Of a stretch of DNA of 64,000 nucleotides, positions 48,904 to 63,149 are shown piece after piece. The translations under genes and the position numbers were made by a program. This DNA comes from Octopus vulgaris (Eukaryota), in NCBI GenBank assembly GCA_951406725.2, contig OX597824.1:98890001-98954000 (forward strand), in the 5' to 3' direction. Every line of letters starts with the position of its first letter. Position 1 is the first letter of the stretch. A model generated the notes under the pieces. That model was not told the DNA's origin. It saw only the letters and a list, made by a program, of their open reading frames with translations, and made no database searches.

Positions 48904-50114
48904 CTGTTAAAGAGAAGGGAGCAGTTGAGAATCTCAACAACAACATTTCATTGAACAACAGAATTATTGGTTGTGAAGAGACTGCAAATGGTGGTTGGAC
49001 ATGGAACACAGCTGAGTCGTGACTTCTCTTAACATCTTTCACAGACAAATCAATAGACTACAGCATCATCATCATCAACAACAACAACAACACCAACACC
49101 AACAACAACAACAACAATAATAATAGTCGTCGTCGTCATTATTATGATTATTATTATGGCAATGAGCTGGCTGAATTGTTAGCACACTCAACAAGATTTT
49201 ACATTCTGAGTTCAAATTCTGTTGAGGTTGGAATCACTAAAATAAGTACCAGTGGAGAACTGGGGTCAGTGATATTGACCAGCCTCCCCCCACCAAATTT
49301 CAGGCCTTGTGCCTACAGAAGAAAGGATTATTATCACTAAGACAGCAGACCAGGCTAAATGCTTAGCGATATTTCGTCAGTGCTTATGTTCTGAGTTCAT
49401 CTTTATGTGGTCAATGAAATAATACCAACTGAGTAATCAACTAACAACCCCACAAAATTTCAGGCTTCATGCCTTTATTCTTCTTCTTCTTCTTCTTCTT
49501 CTTATTATTATTATTATCAGCAACATGGCAGAATCATTAGAATGTTCGACAAAATGCTTTGCAGCATTTCTACCAGTTCTTTGATATCCCACTGAGGTCA
49601 AATATGCGTTTCGTCATTTTGGAATCAATAAATACCAATTAATTACTAGTGTCAATGTAAGTGATTAACCTACTCCCCGTTAAAATTGCTGGCCTTGTGT
49701 CAAAATTTCAAGTAATAATTGTTATTATTAATATTATTATTCACAAGAAATGGCTCACTTACATGCTCAGCAGTTTAAATCATAAAGATGATGCATTCTT
49801 AGACAAGGCTCATAACTCTATTTCTACCATCATGTCTCTTTGATATGATCAGCAGAAGACATTAGACCAATCCAGGAAATAACTGCAAGAAATTCCCATC
49901 AGCTAAGTTGGTTGTTGGGTCTCATGTCAGTCAGCCTGGCAGGATTGAAGGTCAACTTTCTAGAATATTTTTCAACATTTGCCACAATCAGACCAAGATT
50001 TTTCAAGCCAGAAGCTACAAGTTATTAACAGACTAATGAGAAGTGGCACCAATGTGGCCATTATCCTCAAAACTACTGCATCGTCTCCGTTAGATGATGA
50101 TAAACTGAACTTAC

Positions 50115-50225
50115 CTTCGAGTGAGGCTTTGAAAAAAGAGGTTTCTGATTTGGCAAGCTTGGGGAGTGAAACTGCAACAAACACCATCAGGAGACACGCT
50201 ATGGTGTAAGCATCTTCGGTAAATT
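50115..50225 (-). CDS. NCKAP1: NCKAP1 exon (E)FTEDAYTIACLLMVFVAVSLPKLAKSETSFFKASLE(G)
   Basis: 111 nt, phase 1/1, acceptor cttttgttctcag|, donor G|GTAAGT. Contains the conserved ACLLMVFVAVS motif. Confidence 0.96.
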
Positions 50226-50352
50226 CTGAGAACAAAAGAAGAGAAATAAAAGTTTCAGAAATAAATTCAGAGAAAGATGAAAAATATGTGAGTGTGTGTG
50301 TGTGTGTGTGTATGAAGATAGACACATACATATATTTATATCTATCTATTTA

Positions 50353-51640
50353 CAGGGTGCGATGGGTAAATTGTCACCATTTTATAATTTTAATTTTGCG
50401 CATGTGCATTGCTTTTGATTTTGTTGACTATACAGTATAGTAGGGTCAGTTGGGCACCGTTTGTGAGAAAAACAGCAACATGGTGCAATTCACTCTGCCA
50501 GAAATTTGGAAATGGCATGCTATACTGCTCGGCACATTCGTGCCCGAAGCTCCAATACGGACATTTCAGAGTGTTTGGGTGTGAATCTGAGGAGAGTGCA
50601 GACGATTCAGAAAGAGTTGGATGAATCTAATGGTGATTATGAAGGTGGGGCAGCTCGGAAAACTCACTCTGATCATTCTAAAAAGAACTCCTGAATTTAT
50701 TGGTGAGATCCAGGCCATAAATGACAACCATCCCTCCCAAGTCAATCAGGGACATGGAAGTGTCTGGCTCTTTTATCAGGCAGGTAGTACATGAAGACAT
50801 TTGGTATTCATCATACAAGTTGAGAAAAGGCCGGTTTTTATCCTAAGCCATCAAGGACCCTGAGGAGGGGAGGAGAGAGAACCGTACTACAAAGCTTTTG
50901 AACAAACTCAAGCATCCCCCTCAACCGAACATGCTTTAGTTTTTCTCGGATGAGAATAATATCTGCTAGGATCAGATGGTGAACACACAGAACAACTGTT
51001 GGCTTGGCATGTCCTCGAAACATGGACTGAGACTGATAAAAATCGAACATCCAGTCAACATCATGATGTTTGGAGTGATCGTTAGTAATGGCGATGTTAT
51101 GCCTCCATTCATCTTCCCACACGGCCTCAGATTCAATACGGGAGCCTACATCAAGTGGCTGGAGGAGGTAGTGCTGTCCTAGGTCAAGAAGGTGGCTGCT
51201 GGAAGACCCTATGTCTGGCAACAGGACTCTGCACCATGCCACACAAGCAGGAAAACCCAAGTATGGCTGTCAGACAATTTCTGCAACCACATCACCCCTA
51301 ACATCTGGCCACTTAACACCCTCGACTGTAAATGTGTGGGGTACATTTGAGTGAGAAATCAACAAAACTCCTTGTAATACCAAAGATGAACTGAAGGCAA
51401 GAGTTATTGGCAGCATTCACCAACTTAAACAAGGAGACTTTCTAGGAAAGTTGCAGGAGATTCCGAAGTCGTCTGGAGACCATGGTTGAAGCCAATGGCG
51501 ATTTTATTGAATAAATTTACTCTTTAATATTTCGAGATCCTTTTATTATATAATTTTGGTAAATATATCTGTTAAAATGAGATGTTAGTGTTATTTTCAT
51601 TTCTACATAATTTAGACGACAATTTATTCACCACATCCTG
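50353..51640 (+). mobile_element. Near full-length maT/Bmmar1-type (DD37D-like) Tc1/mariner element, defective
   Basis: TIRs cagggtgcgatgggtaaattgtc / gacaatttattcaccacatcctg (18/23 match) flanked by TA, 1288 bp. Transposase motifs FSDE, NTQNN, VMPPFIF, YVWQQDSAPCHTS and IWP, with stops and frameshifts. Confidence 0.9.
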
Positions 51641-51647
51641 TATATAT

Positions 51648-51682
<35 letters not shown>

Positions 51683-53357
51683 CAATAGCAGTATTACCAA
51701 TATGTAATGTTGGGGCCTTTATGTAACACTGGAGATAAAGGGAATGATATTAACAACAACAAATTCTATCCAATCCACCTACACACAAGTTTCAGGGGAT
51801 CGATTAAACATCTGGCATGTCTGCATGGAATCTTCAGAAGACACACACACACACACACACACACACAGGGTCCACTGAATAAACTGAAAGGGGATCTGAA
51901 GTACAAACTGATGACAATCAAGTCCTGGGGCTTCCACTGTCACTAAACCTCAACTTGTAGAAAAGTTTATGTTTCTGAAGTGACGAAGTTTGAGGTAAAT
52001 ATAGAGGTTGGCTGATGGAGAGAATTAATGGAGTGCTGAGAGATGATTAGTCCTTATCAGTGTAATTAAATATAAACCTGGACTTTATGTGGTTCCCTGA
52101 CAATATCCAAGCTTCAGGTGGAACCATCACTGATATGAGACTTGTGCTCTGTGTAGTTGCACCAACATTTCTAAATCTATAAATTCTATTCAGAGAGCCA
52201 GAGGCTATTTCAGCCACCCAGTGACCAACACTGCAGCCTAACTTTAATTACTGAATGTTAATTAACAGAACTGAAGAAAAATAAGATGCGGGTGTGTGTG
52301 TGTGTGTGTGTGTAAGGTTAACACCTTATGTTGTTTTAATGGTGTTCACAGGTGCCGTGGCTCTGACTGTTTTCAGGGTCTCTATTACTGGTGGGAAGAA
52401 GAAAGTTATGATGATGAATGCAAGGAACATTAAAAAAGGTACTTAGAAAGAATTATGTGATGAAAGAAATAAAAACTTAGTCAATAAGAAATAATGAAGA
52501 AAAAATGTTTTTAAGTGCAAAGGAGAAAGTCTAGTAACTTTTATGAATTTTAGCAAACATGGGCAAATCGTTAATTAACAAAGTTGACATTTTCGTTAAC
52601 GATTTAACCTGTAAGGTAACTTTGGAAATCATTATCGGACAAATTAACTTCCGTTAACTCCAGTTGACTTGAGTTAACGGATTTTATAGTTTTGGCAATT
52701 ATTAAAGGTGTTTTTAGAGCAAAAACGGATTTGGTTTTTTTTTGGGTTTTTTTCTATAATCAAAATTAACTGATTAACAGTTTATTTATTTTTATTTATT
52801 TTTTATTTTATCTAGTTTCAGCTCACAAGCTGTGGCCATGCTGGGGCATCGCCATTAGTTTATTAATAACTTCCATTATATTAGGAAATAATTAACTGAT
52901 TAAGGGTGCCCACCTTTACATTTCAGGCACAACAGAAGATTTAGAAATGTGAGTTTATGTCAATCTTGCCATTTTGGTTGCCAAACGGTCAAGGACCTTC
53001 ACTTTGTCTAGCAACTGTGAACAACTCCTACTATCGCATTTTCTGGTCAAAGTGGGGACATTACCCATTCAACAATCGAAACGGAAGGATTGCCATAAAC
53101 TGACATTTCCAAATCGTTCACTGATGATGATGGGGTGTTTGTGCCTGAAAGACATTTGCTCAAATTTCCCTTTACACATTTTTAGAAGCTCTTCTACTCC
53201 GTTATTTGTTATTTCGTTTCTGTATCACAATGCTTCAAGCAAAAATACAACATTCTTCTTTCTATTCGTTAGGCTTGTTTCAGTTTTATCATGAACTCAT
53301 CAATAAAGCACAAACACTGTCCAGAGTTTGTTAGGGTCTCAGGTTAAAGATACTTAC

Positions 53358-53442
53358 CACTTTTCTGAGCTCGTAAAGCAGCACAGAGCGTAGGATCAAC
53401 TGGACAGTAGAGACCAGAGGCAGCTGCCATATCACTAACAAT
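53358..53442 (-). CDS. NCKAP1: NCKAP1 exon IVSDMAAASGLYCPVDPTLCAALRAQKS(E); upstream exons not found in the window
   Basis: 85 nt, phase 0/1, acceptor tctgttttag|, donor G|GTAAGT. Matches the Hem AAGLxCxVDPTL motif. I recognised no further NCKAP1 exon in 53443-64000. Confidence 0.93.
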
Positions 53443-54013
53443 CTAAAACAGATGGAGAAATAAATATTAAAAAATGTAGGATGAAGTAGGAAGGGACAAA
53501 GGACAAGAGCAACCACAGCGGAGAAAGAGTTTCAAATCAAATTTGAACAGAAAAATAGTGAGAGGGGGGCAAGGGGAGACAACTTCATCTGAAAGTAAAA
53601 TGTTACATTAATTGGGGCTCAACAGCAACAAAAACTGTTAGCTTCAATGGACAATCGATAATATTTCAGATTTGTAATACTGACACAACAATTTTGAAGA
53701 AGGAATTGATAATATTGAGTGTAGTATTTTAATGGTAAAGTCAACCCAAGTGGCATTTAAAGCCAGAATGTCGAAAGAAAAAGAACCAAACAACACAAAG
53801 TTATTCCGTCTGAGAATCTATTGATTCTGTTGTTTTCAGGGTTTGAACAATCAGACATTCTGATGCCTTCCAGATGGGATCAACTAAAGATAAGAGACAC
53901 CTAATCTTTGTTTTAACTCATTAGCTTTGAGATTTTAGTGATTGCCAAGTGCAATCCTCATTCATTAACATTAATTTGAATTAGTCAAGCATTAATTACA
54001 TTATAGCTTTGAC

Positions 54014-54345
54014 ATGGTAAACGCCCACAAAGTTGTCAACCACCTCACCAATAACAACACTGAACACCTTTTTGATCTCCATGTGTCTAACACACATGGA
54101 CATGCCTACAAAGTCAGAAAACAACACAGCTCCCATGACTTTCGGAAACATTTCTTCACGCTCAGAGTTGCTGAAGCATGGAATAAACTGCCTGCGTCAG
54201 TTGTTGACTGCCATGACACTGCATCCTTTAAGGCCCTCATGCTTTCCGAAATCCGTCGAAACTACACCTGATTATATATGCACTTTAGATGAGTTGTGGT
54301 GCACCTGAGCACTGTACACAATGTTTATTATTATTATTATTATTA
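54014..54345 (+). mobile_element. CR1/L2-group LINE 3' fragment
   Basis: THGHAYKVRKQHSSHDFRKHFFTLRVAEAWNKLPASVV...SFK, then a tgcacctgagca 3' motif and a (TTA)n tail. Confidence 0.85.
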
Positions 54346-55292
54346 TGATTGTTATTTTTTAGAATAACATTGTAAGGTGCGTGTGAGAGGCCAGAGCCGG
54401 TCAGTTTGAATGTTTTGACTGGACATAGCCTGTTGAAATGCTAAAGGGTCAATACACTATGGAGAAGCACCAACGGAAGGAACTGTTGTCTGTCAGGATG
54501 CGGATTGCTGGGAGAAAGATGAGATTTATATTGAAGAGACACCATCATGGTCCTCTCAATAACACAAACCCTCAAAAATATTCTGGAAGAAAACATTCAT
54601 TTCAAATTTTGTCAGAAGCAATTTGAGAGGAGGGGGATGCAAATTGATTACATCAACCTCAGCATTCAACTGATCGATCCCGAAAGGATGAGAGGTAAGT
54701 GGATCTTGGCAGAATTTGAACTCACAATGTGAAGACAAGCAAAATGCTGCCAAATATTTTGTCTGACACACTAACTGCATACACACTGCATTGCACAAAA
54801 AAAAAAAGAAAAAAAGAAAGAAAATATTGATAACAATCAACACAAGGAACAAACATTGTCAGTTAGAAATGGTTTCTCCCTGTGTTTTGTAATATCCCCA
54901 GTTCTCCAGGGGTTAGAAATAATAGGGAGCCTTGGCCAAACTGATGACATATTGCTGTGTTTTGGGAAGGTCATTACACCAATAATAATAAACACAGGCA
55001 CTGGTTCTATATCACTATTGCTAGTCAAGTGGTGAGATTTATAATTAATCAATCATTTGTTTAATGTGTTCGTTAAACAATTACTCAGTTGTTTGTCGAA
55101 TTCCTTTCATTGCTATTCTTAATCTCATCAATAATCTACCCTCTCACTTCGAGGTCTGCTTTGAGTCTGTCTGCGAATTAGCCTTATGCTTGTAAGAATG
55201 TAGATGTGTGGTTGTTTACAAGAGAAGAAAGTGTGAACCAATAGATTAAACAAATGACCAGTAAGTTAACTGGTTATTTAACCGATTGATTA

Positions 55293-55620
55293 CATGCTGG
55301 TGGCACATAAAAAGCACCATTCAAGCATGGTTGATGCCAGTACTGCCTCACTGGCCTTCATGCTGGTCCCACATAAAAAGCACCATTCAAGCATGGTTGA
55401 TGCCAGTACTGCCTCACTGGCCTTCATGCTGGTGGCACATAAAAAGCACCTACTACACTCCTGGAATGGTTGACATTAGGAAGGGCATCCAGCTGTAGAA
55501 ACACTGCCAGATCAGACTGGAGCTTGGTGCAGCCTTTTGGCTTGTCAGCCCTCAGTCAAACCGTCCAACCCATGCCAGCATGGAAAGCAGACGTTAAACA
55601 ATGATGATGATGATGATGAT
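55293..55620 (+). mobile_element. RTE 3'-UTR-derived element with 66-bp tandem units and (GAT)n tail
   Basis: Units start at 55293, 55359 and 55425. Ends acgttaaacaatgatgatg. Confidence 0.85.
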
Positions 55621-58399
55621 TAACAATAATGAAGTGATACTGAACCTGTGCATGTGTTGTTATTTATATTGGCGTAATGGCCCTCACAAGATATTACAAA
55701 CCAAATACAGAAACGAAGAATGGTGAAATATTGTTGATGTTATTGTCAATGTAGCTTTTATCATTGGGGTGAGAGTGGAGAGGCAGGTTCAAATATTCAC
55801 TGTTGTAGCATGAATGGCAGGATTCAGGCAAATAACCATTGAAGTAAAAACACCAAATTATATAATCTCTTTGAATAAGAACTACTTTTAATGGGTTGGT
55901 GCTTAAGTCTAGTTGTGTAAGAGGAAGTGAATGAGAGATTAGTTTTATCTCTAGATTTAAACCGACAACTTATGAGTAGGTTGCTCAACAGATTAACCAC
56001 CTGGCTTTCATGTCTCTGTTGCCATCATTGAAGAATTACATAAAGTCCAAAATTCTTACAGAAATAACAATTTCATAAAACTAAAGCACTCTACTTATAA
56101 ATAAATCTGAGGCTATGGCACCCAGAATGATTCCTGTAAGGGAAACAAAACCAAAAATTTGTATTTTATCCACAGTACAACCGAGGGTTTCTACCCAAAA
56201 CACAACAACTGTACATTTGACTGTTCTATGCAGCACACACAGGGTACTGCAATGCCACTGTGAGGCAGTTCAAACCAGTCTGACATCAGACTGGATGTAG
56301 TAATAATAAGTTGATTGTAGCCAAGGCTTCAGCAAGATCCTAGCAATAGAACTGCTTCTGCAATAATATTCGACCAGTTTACATCAATATCTTCTTTTCT
56401 GTGAGATTTGAGTTTTTGTTTTCACCTAAAATTCTCAATTTCAAAGAGATGCTAGTTTGTGTTAAGATGATATATAAATGTTTGGAGGACAGACAAGATA
56501 AAGGTAAACTGTAGCTATAATAATAATAATAATAATAATAATCATATCACAATAAAATCAAACATACTGAAACAATATTGATGGAGAATATTAATAAATA
56601 AAGAAATAATAACAACAATAAACATCTATAAATAAACAAAGTAAAAATTATAAAAAAACAACAACAACAAAATATTAACAAGCAAAAGAAGGTGAAGTGA
56701 ATGTAAAAAGTGCTAAAGTGTGACATCTAAAAGTGCCATGCTACAGCAACAGGAGAGAGAAAAAAAAACTAAAGTTAATTGTAGGTAAATCTAGAAGAAT
56801 TACTGAGAATTTGATAATTGAGACTGTGTGAAACTGATGTCTCTCCTTACACTAATGATGGTCTTAAGAAAGGCATGAACATCACACAATCTTGTCTGTA
56901 GCCCTCTATAAATATGAGGCATGTATGTAGTGTTACTGCAGAGAGTTTGTCAAAGTTATTTAAATATAACAGAATTAAATGGTAGACCCAGACCCAGACC
57001 CACAATGGATGTCTTCAATCACAGACCCAATTTATTTCTAATGAAATCTTTCCTCACAGAAACCTGTTTGGTTTTGTCACAATTTTCCTTAAAAGCCAGA
57101 TTTGATGTTGGAGAAACATTGGTTTCAAATTTTGGCACAAGGCCAGCAATATTAGGAGAAGGGTGAAGTAAATCGATTTATCGACTCCAGTGCTTAACTG
57201 GTCCTTTTTTTTTTATCAACCCTGAAAGGACAAGATGGATGAAATGCTGCTAAACATTTTGCTTCAAGTGCTTAAGGTCCTCTGCCAACTTACCATCCTA
57301 TATTACAAAGAAATATTACAACTTGTCCATTTTGATGTGGATAGAACTATAGTAACTGCCAGATAAACGGTTTGAGTTGAAAGATTCCCTACAATGGAAT
57401 CTATAATTGAAAGGATTGTGTCATGTCTATAGCAGAATAGTGCCATGGTTTTTAGGTTGAGATGAAATTCAGAGATTGTTTTGTAGCTGTTAGGACTGTC
57501 AGACAAAGATTTAAATATTTCTACAACAGCAACAACATGCACAGCAAACATAAATGGAAAGATTTACAAGAATATTGGAGAAACACAACAACTAGACTAA
57601 AATATAAAAAAAAGTGCAAAACTTGGATACCAGTGAATCACTAATAGTTTTGGTTGTTAACAATCAAATATAATCCTCAAAAACATTGATTGTTTATAAA
57701 GAACAACTTCAAAGGGACACTGGTCACTAAGAAGGATCAAAAACCATTCACAGAGTTCATTCTTGTATCCTAATAGAAGTTCAGAAAAAGACCTTTGCTA
57801 AGAAACGTCTTTGAAAGTAAAAAAACTGAAAAGATGCAATTAGATGGAATTAATCAAATTGGATCTACCGATTCTAGTTTGTCAAAAACCATGGAGTTAA
57901 TTTTATTGAAGTAATACTTATAGAATTTTAAAATCAAAATTAGAAATATTTTAACAAAGGTTTTGATTTTTTGAACTTATTTAGCAAAGAAATTTGTTTC
58001 ATTTTAATCATGTAATTTGATTAAATACATTTTTTTTTTATTAAGAAATTATTAACTTTACTTTTACAGTCTAGATATAAATAAATATATGAATAAAATG
58101 TAATTTTCCATAAACTCGATAATAATATTATCGTAAGCCCAAATATCATCATCACCATTATGACATAATTAGGTTTGCAGTTATTACTAAGAATATCTTA
58201 GATTTTCAATATAGAAACTTTCATTTTATATTCCAATTTGGCAATGGTTTGGTTGAAGCAAGTTTTTAGATGTTCATGAAAATGTATGAAGAAATCAAAG
58301 GTTTGAAACCGAAAATCTCTCAGCAGAATCCACAAACTCCTCTCCAGTAGCAACACGTGTTTACATTGATTCTACTTCCTATCATCGCTACAAAGTCCA

Positions 58400-59545
58400 T
58401 GTGGAGTGGCAGCACCTGTTTTACCTACATTTTCTTGTTCTATTCGTTGAACTGGCCATCGCAATATTTGTATGCAGTCACAATGTGTTATCTTTTTGCT
58501 ATTGCATCACTTCAAAGTCCATGTGCCTAATTTGGCACTATAGGAATAAGTGGAAAATGCAGTACATGCGAGGAAAACCTCGCCCTTGGGGCTCCAAGTT
58601 CTGAGCTAGAGTAGGTGTATCAGGCATCCTGTATAACTTTGGTGTCTATCAAGGTTCAGTTGATGGCAAGCGCAGAGCTCCATCTGCACTGGGACCTGGT
58701 GGAGATGTGGTCCTCCAGATGGTCAAGGGACTTGGGAGTGGAAAGAATTAGAAGATCTTTGCAGACCATTTTTTTTTCTAATTTCTCTCTTGTCAAAGCT
58801 CTGAGGACCAGGTCCATGTTTTTTGTTGACACATTTTGGGCCAACAGGCTGAAAGGACGTCAGCTGAAATCAGAGAAAGATCTGAAGAAACTCAGGTGTG
58901 ACTCTTTGAACATGAAAGTGGAATTGGAGTTGGATGGTCATTGCTGTCCATTGCTTTGACAACAGGTGTGTTGATACTCTGTCCTCATATATTGGACTTG
59001 AGCTAGTTGACCAGTTGACCAGGCTGAGAGATACGACAAAAAACGAAAAGTAATAGATCACTATCTCTTGAATAGCTATTTTACAAGAGTACCACAAATT
59101 CATGGAGGTTGGTGTATCTCCTTGACAGCTTTGTACAAGTACAACACAAGATCCCGTCATTGGTATACGTACATCTTTTACCACACACTGACCGTGGCTC
59201 TGGTCAACAGCTGGCTTTGGTATAAACAACATCATGCCAGGTTGTTGGGTTTACAACCAATGAAACTCAGCGTTTTCCAACAGATGCTTGCTGAAGCAAT
59301 GATGTCCATCAAGAAAGTCGGATGCCCTTCATCATGCACTGTGACACCACCCCCAGCAAAGCCCCAGTGGCTGGTGTCCACCTTGATGGGGGTGGGCATT
59401 TGCCTGAGTACACACTTGATTGACAGTGCTACAAATATAAGGACTGCCAAGCACACAGTCAAGTGAAGGGCTGCAAATGCAACATGTGGCTGTGCTTGAA
59501 CAAACAGAAAGATTTGCTCCATGCAGCTCCATGTTTGCAAGTGAC
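58400..59545 (+). mobile_element. piggyBac-family transposase pseudogene fragment
   Basis: QYMRGKPRPWGSKF, ANRLKGRQLKSEKDLKK, SLTALYKYNTRSRHWYTYIFYHTLTVALVNSWLWY and a C-terminal Cys-rich CKCNMWLCLNK. Confidence 0.85.
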
Positions 59546-59899
59546 ATTCAGTGAATCAACTCAGTTTGATTGACATTGTGTTAAATAGTTTGTAATAATA
59601 GTCTTGTTGTTTCATTAATAGTGCTAGATGAAATTTGTACTCTTTGAAATGTTTACTGAAATGCAAAGACTTATGTGCCAAATTCAGACCATTCGGTGAG
59701 TGTCCCTTAATAACCTGTTGTGCCAGATTCAGACCACATCATATTTCATGACCTACTTATGATTTTGAAGGGAATCAACTTTATTTTGTTTTTTCTATCC
59801 ATCTGAATATCGAATTTACACTGAAAATAATTTTTGTGTTGCTGGATGTAGAAGCAGGTTCTAGAGGGATGATGATGATGATGATAAGCTGTCAGTGTC

Positions 59900-61720
59900 A
59901 TCAACAACAAGACAGAAATGGAGAAAGGAAACAAAGAATTCGGACGAAAATGGTGGCCATTTGGAAATACAGGAGAGTATTTAATGTATTGAAGAAGAAC
60001 GATGAGCAGAGCAAATGTTGTGGACCAGGAATGGAAAATACCTGTCCGACTTAGAAATTAAAGAAATACAAAGAATATTGAAGCAGATGGATGCCAATAA
60101 GGTGTCTGAGGATGAGGAGAAAGTAACCATTGGAGCCAATCAGGAAAATACAACATCCAGAGTAGAAAAGAAATTTGTTGAGAAAAAACTTGACGAAGAT
60201 CAAAGTAGAAATCTTTGGAAAACTGAGGCAGAAACTGAAGGAATTGGAGACTCTAGAATCAATGAATATGAGGACAGTGGTTCGAATCAAAGTGAAGGAC
60301 ATAACAACAAAATTAAATAGTGGGACTGATAAGATTATCTGAGAAAACATTAAAGACATCAATAGATCGATATTAGCAGGTGTTAATGGAGTTTGAGAAT
60401 TGTTGGCAGGGAAAGAAAGGACCAGTAGGTACCCTAGTGGAAAAGGTGGATACAAATAACGATTAGGGAGCCTTAGAAAAGATATAAGTAAACTGGGGTA
60501 GAGGCAGTAGGGTAAATTGAAAGAAAGAAGTGAAAGGTATTCTGTTGTGTCTGGGGAGAGTGATTTTCTTTTTGTGCCTTATGATTTAACACAAATCCCA
60601 AAATGAAATAAGTGAAAGGTAGATTACAGGAAATGGTTGATGGACAGAAAAAATATAAATAAAAAGATTGTAGAACAAAAGTAGAGGATAATAGTAAAAG
60701 TTGCCAGGAAGAGAGAATCTGAAAAAAGAAACAACTCACAATACACAGAAACATGCATCCCCCAATCTTATGTGGAATGGTTATAATGGAAAAGAAGAGA
60801 AGGAGAAAGAGGGCTGATGAATGGTCAAAAAGTAGAAGACCAAGTCTAGAAGAGAACGAAAAAAGATTCATTAAGGAGACAGCAATAATTGAAAGATTAT
60901 TTAGAGAAGGTAAAGAAAACAAGAAGAAGATGTGGGAAACAAGAAATGAAACATTAAATAAGAAAATTTCATTCAGTGATTTTTTTAAGGACATAAAAGA
61001 GATATGGAGTGACAAGGTTTGCTGGTTATGATCAAAGAAAGGGATACTGAAGAAGGAAACCAAGGAAACTGTCAGAGAGGAACAGGCCTTGAAGATGATT
61101 AAATCAGGAGGGACGATAAATCAACAAAACTGCTCAGCCAAATGTAGAATGGACAAAGATTTATATGAGAGCAGACCTAATATCCTATAAGAATGTCTGC
61201 AATCAGTTCAGAATCAATACCAAAAAAAATTTAGCCATAAGATTACTGCAAGATTTCACTGGGAAATTTGCAGGGAATTTGGTTTTACATGCACGGAGAA
61301 GAGTTATGGCTATTTTGTGAGAATAAAGATGCAAGCCTTTGAAAACAATGAAGTGGAGTTGTGGAACTTTCCTAAACAAACTGAAAAAGGAACAGAATAA
61401 AATAGGCTGGATATTGTAATCAGTCACAAGAAGAAGAAATTAGGTATTGCGATTGATGTGGTTGGTCTATTTGAGAGCAGAGTATAAAGAAAGACAAAGA
61501 AAAAGTAAAGTGTTATAAAATCTTCAACTGTTGGAAGTGAGGAGTTAATAAAGTTTCGATACCAGCAATTATTAGAAGGAGCTTGGGAAGTGTGGTGAAA
61601 AAAATCTAAGAACAAAGCTTGAAAAACTTGATCGTAACCTGGGAGTAGATGTAGTGCAGAAAACATGTCTACTCAGTTTAGCAAGAATTATCAGGAAAGA
61701 CCTCAACATGACAAGGTAAA
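59900..61720 (+). mobile_element. Highly decayed, internally deleted R4/Dong-like retrotransposon
   Basis: N-terminal NGKYLSDLEIKEIQR segment. C-terminal RLE segments LDIVISHKKKKLGIAIDVVGLFESRV and DVVQKTCLLSLARIIRKDLN. Confidence 0.7.
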
Positions 61721-61844
61721 AACAGAGAGGAAGAAGAGAAAACTCCTTTATATGAAAGATACAAATGGTCCTTATCACAGACCATGAGTGCAACAGGAAG
61801 CAAAGTTAAATTGGACAAAACACCAATCCCATGAAACAACAAAG

Positions 61845-61887
<43 letters not shown>

Positions 61888-63149
61888 CATACATATATAT
61901 ACACACATGCATACATATATACATATATCATTAAGACAGAATTTGAAACAAGTGAAGGTGTTTATATGTGTGAAATTAGGAATATAAAAATGACTGAATC
62001 AAATTGATTTTGACTGATATTCAAAATAGTGGAATTGCCAAGAAAAATGTTTTGAATACAAAAATATAAATCATATAAACCAATTTATCAATGCCACACG
62101 TTTAAATGGTGAAAGTTTCATAGAATAAAGTGATCAAATTACAAATATATTTAATGCTACAGATGATTGATGAATTTCAAAAATTTAGTAAAATTGAGGT
62201 GAAGTAGAATTGCTGTTTATTAAAAACTGAAAGTATATTGTTAATTAAAAAATGTCATTAACAAAACAGTGGTGAATGATGAGTGATGGTGAGTAACAAA
62301 AGGTGATGACGAGTGGTGAAGGCAAGTGATAGATGGTGACAGTGAGTGGTGATGGTGATTAATGAGAAGTGAATGAAAGATTAAGAATTAAACTTAGAAG
62401 TGAGAGGTACCAAATTAGGCCCCGTAAACTATTGAAGCAACAAGTTGACCAATCGATAGCAACAGAATACAGTTTATAACCAAACCTGAATTCATACTAA
62501 ATGTGTTCTCTGGTATTTTAGTTTCTTTTTTTTTTTTTTTACTTTGCAGAATTTAAGCCAGTCACAAACAAAAGGAAGCTGTTGGGCTTTAAGGATCTGC
62601 GAACTGGATGGGGTGCATCTATGGATGTTCAGGTGTGTTTGTGTATATATATATATCTTCACCTGCCCGTTTTAACAATTACCTATTCCTTACCTACATT
62701 CTTCAATGATATTTCCACTAAACTATTTCTCTTTATCTCATCCTCTACCTTCATTTAACTAAACTCCTCTTCCTCTCTTTTCAATTACTTTTCAACAAGT
62801 CATTAATATAATTTAATAATTCCCTCAGCCTACTAATGCCTTTAACCACCCAGAGACCACTGCCACAAATACCGGTCAACAGGTCTCCTCTGCACAAACA
62901 CAGTTCAGTGAGCAGATGATGACCCTTTCTGTTTGGCACCCGTTTTTCAATTCCTTTCATTTCGTTTAAAATTGATTTCAAATTTGGTGAATTGATGAGG
63001 TTTTGTATGTTAATTATGGAAGTGAAATTGCCAAAAATTTAATAAATAAAAAGTTAATAACCTTTAAATTTTGCAAACCTTGGGTAATTTTAGCCAATTG
63101 AAAGCCACAAACATACTGGTGCCTGTTTCCAAAGTAACAAGGCAAGGTA

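Noticed and set aside
52550-53290. MITE-like segment with repeated GTTAAC/TTAACT motifs and an adjacent mariner-like remnant
   Set aside because: The TIRs and TSD are not convincing and the protein similarity is marginal.
10583-54950. Other CTGATGA heptamers (e.g. ~10583, 30985, 44676, 51908, 54941)
   Set aside because: No stem II followed by GAAA, so they are not hammerheads.
54837-56140. Further NCKAP1 exons (IIIGVMTF; ILDFM*..NRDMKA; GIILGAI)
   Set aside because: Only superficial similarity, with in-frame stops or no compatible phase-0 splice sites.
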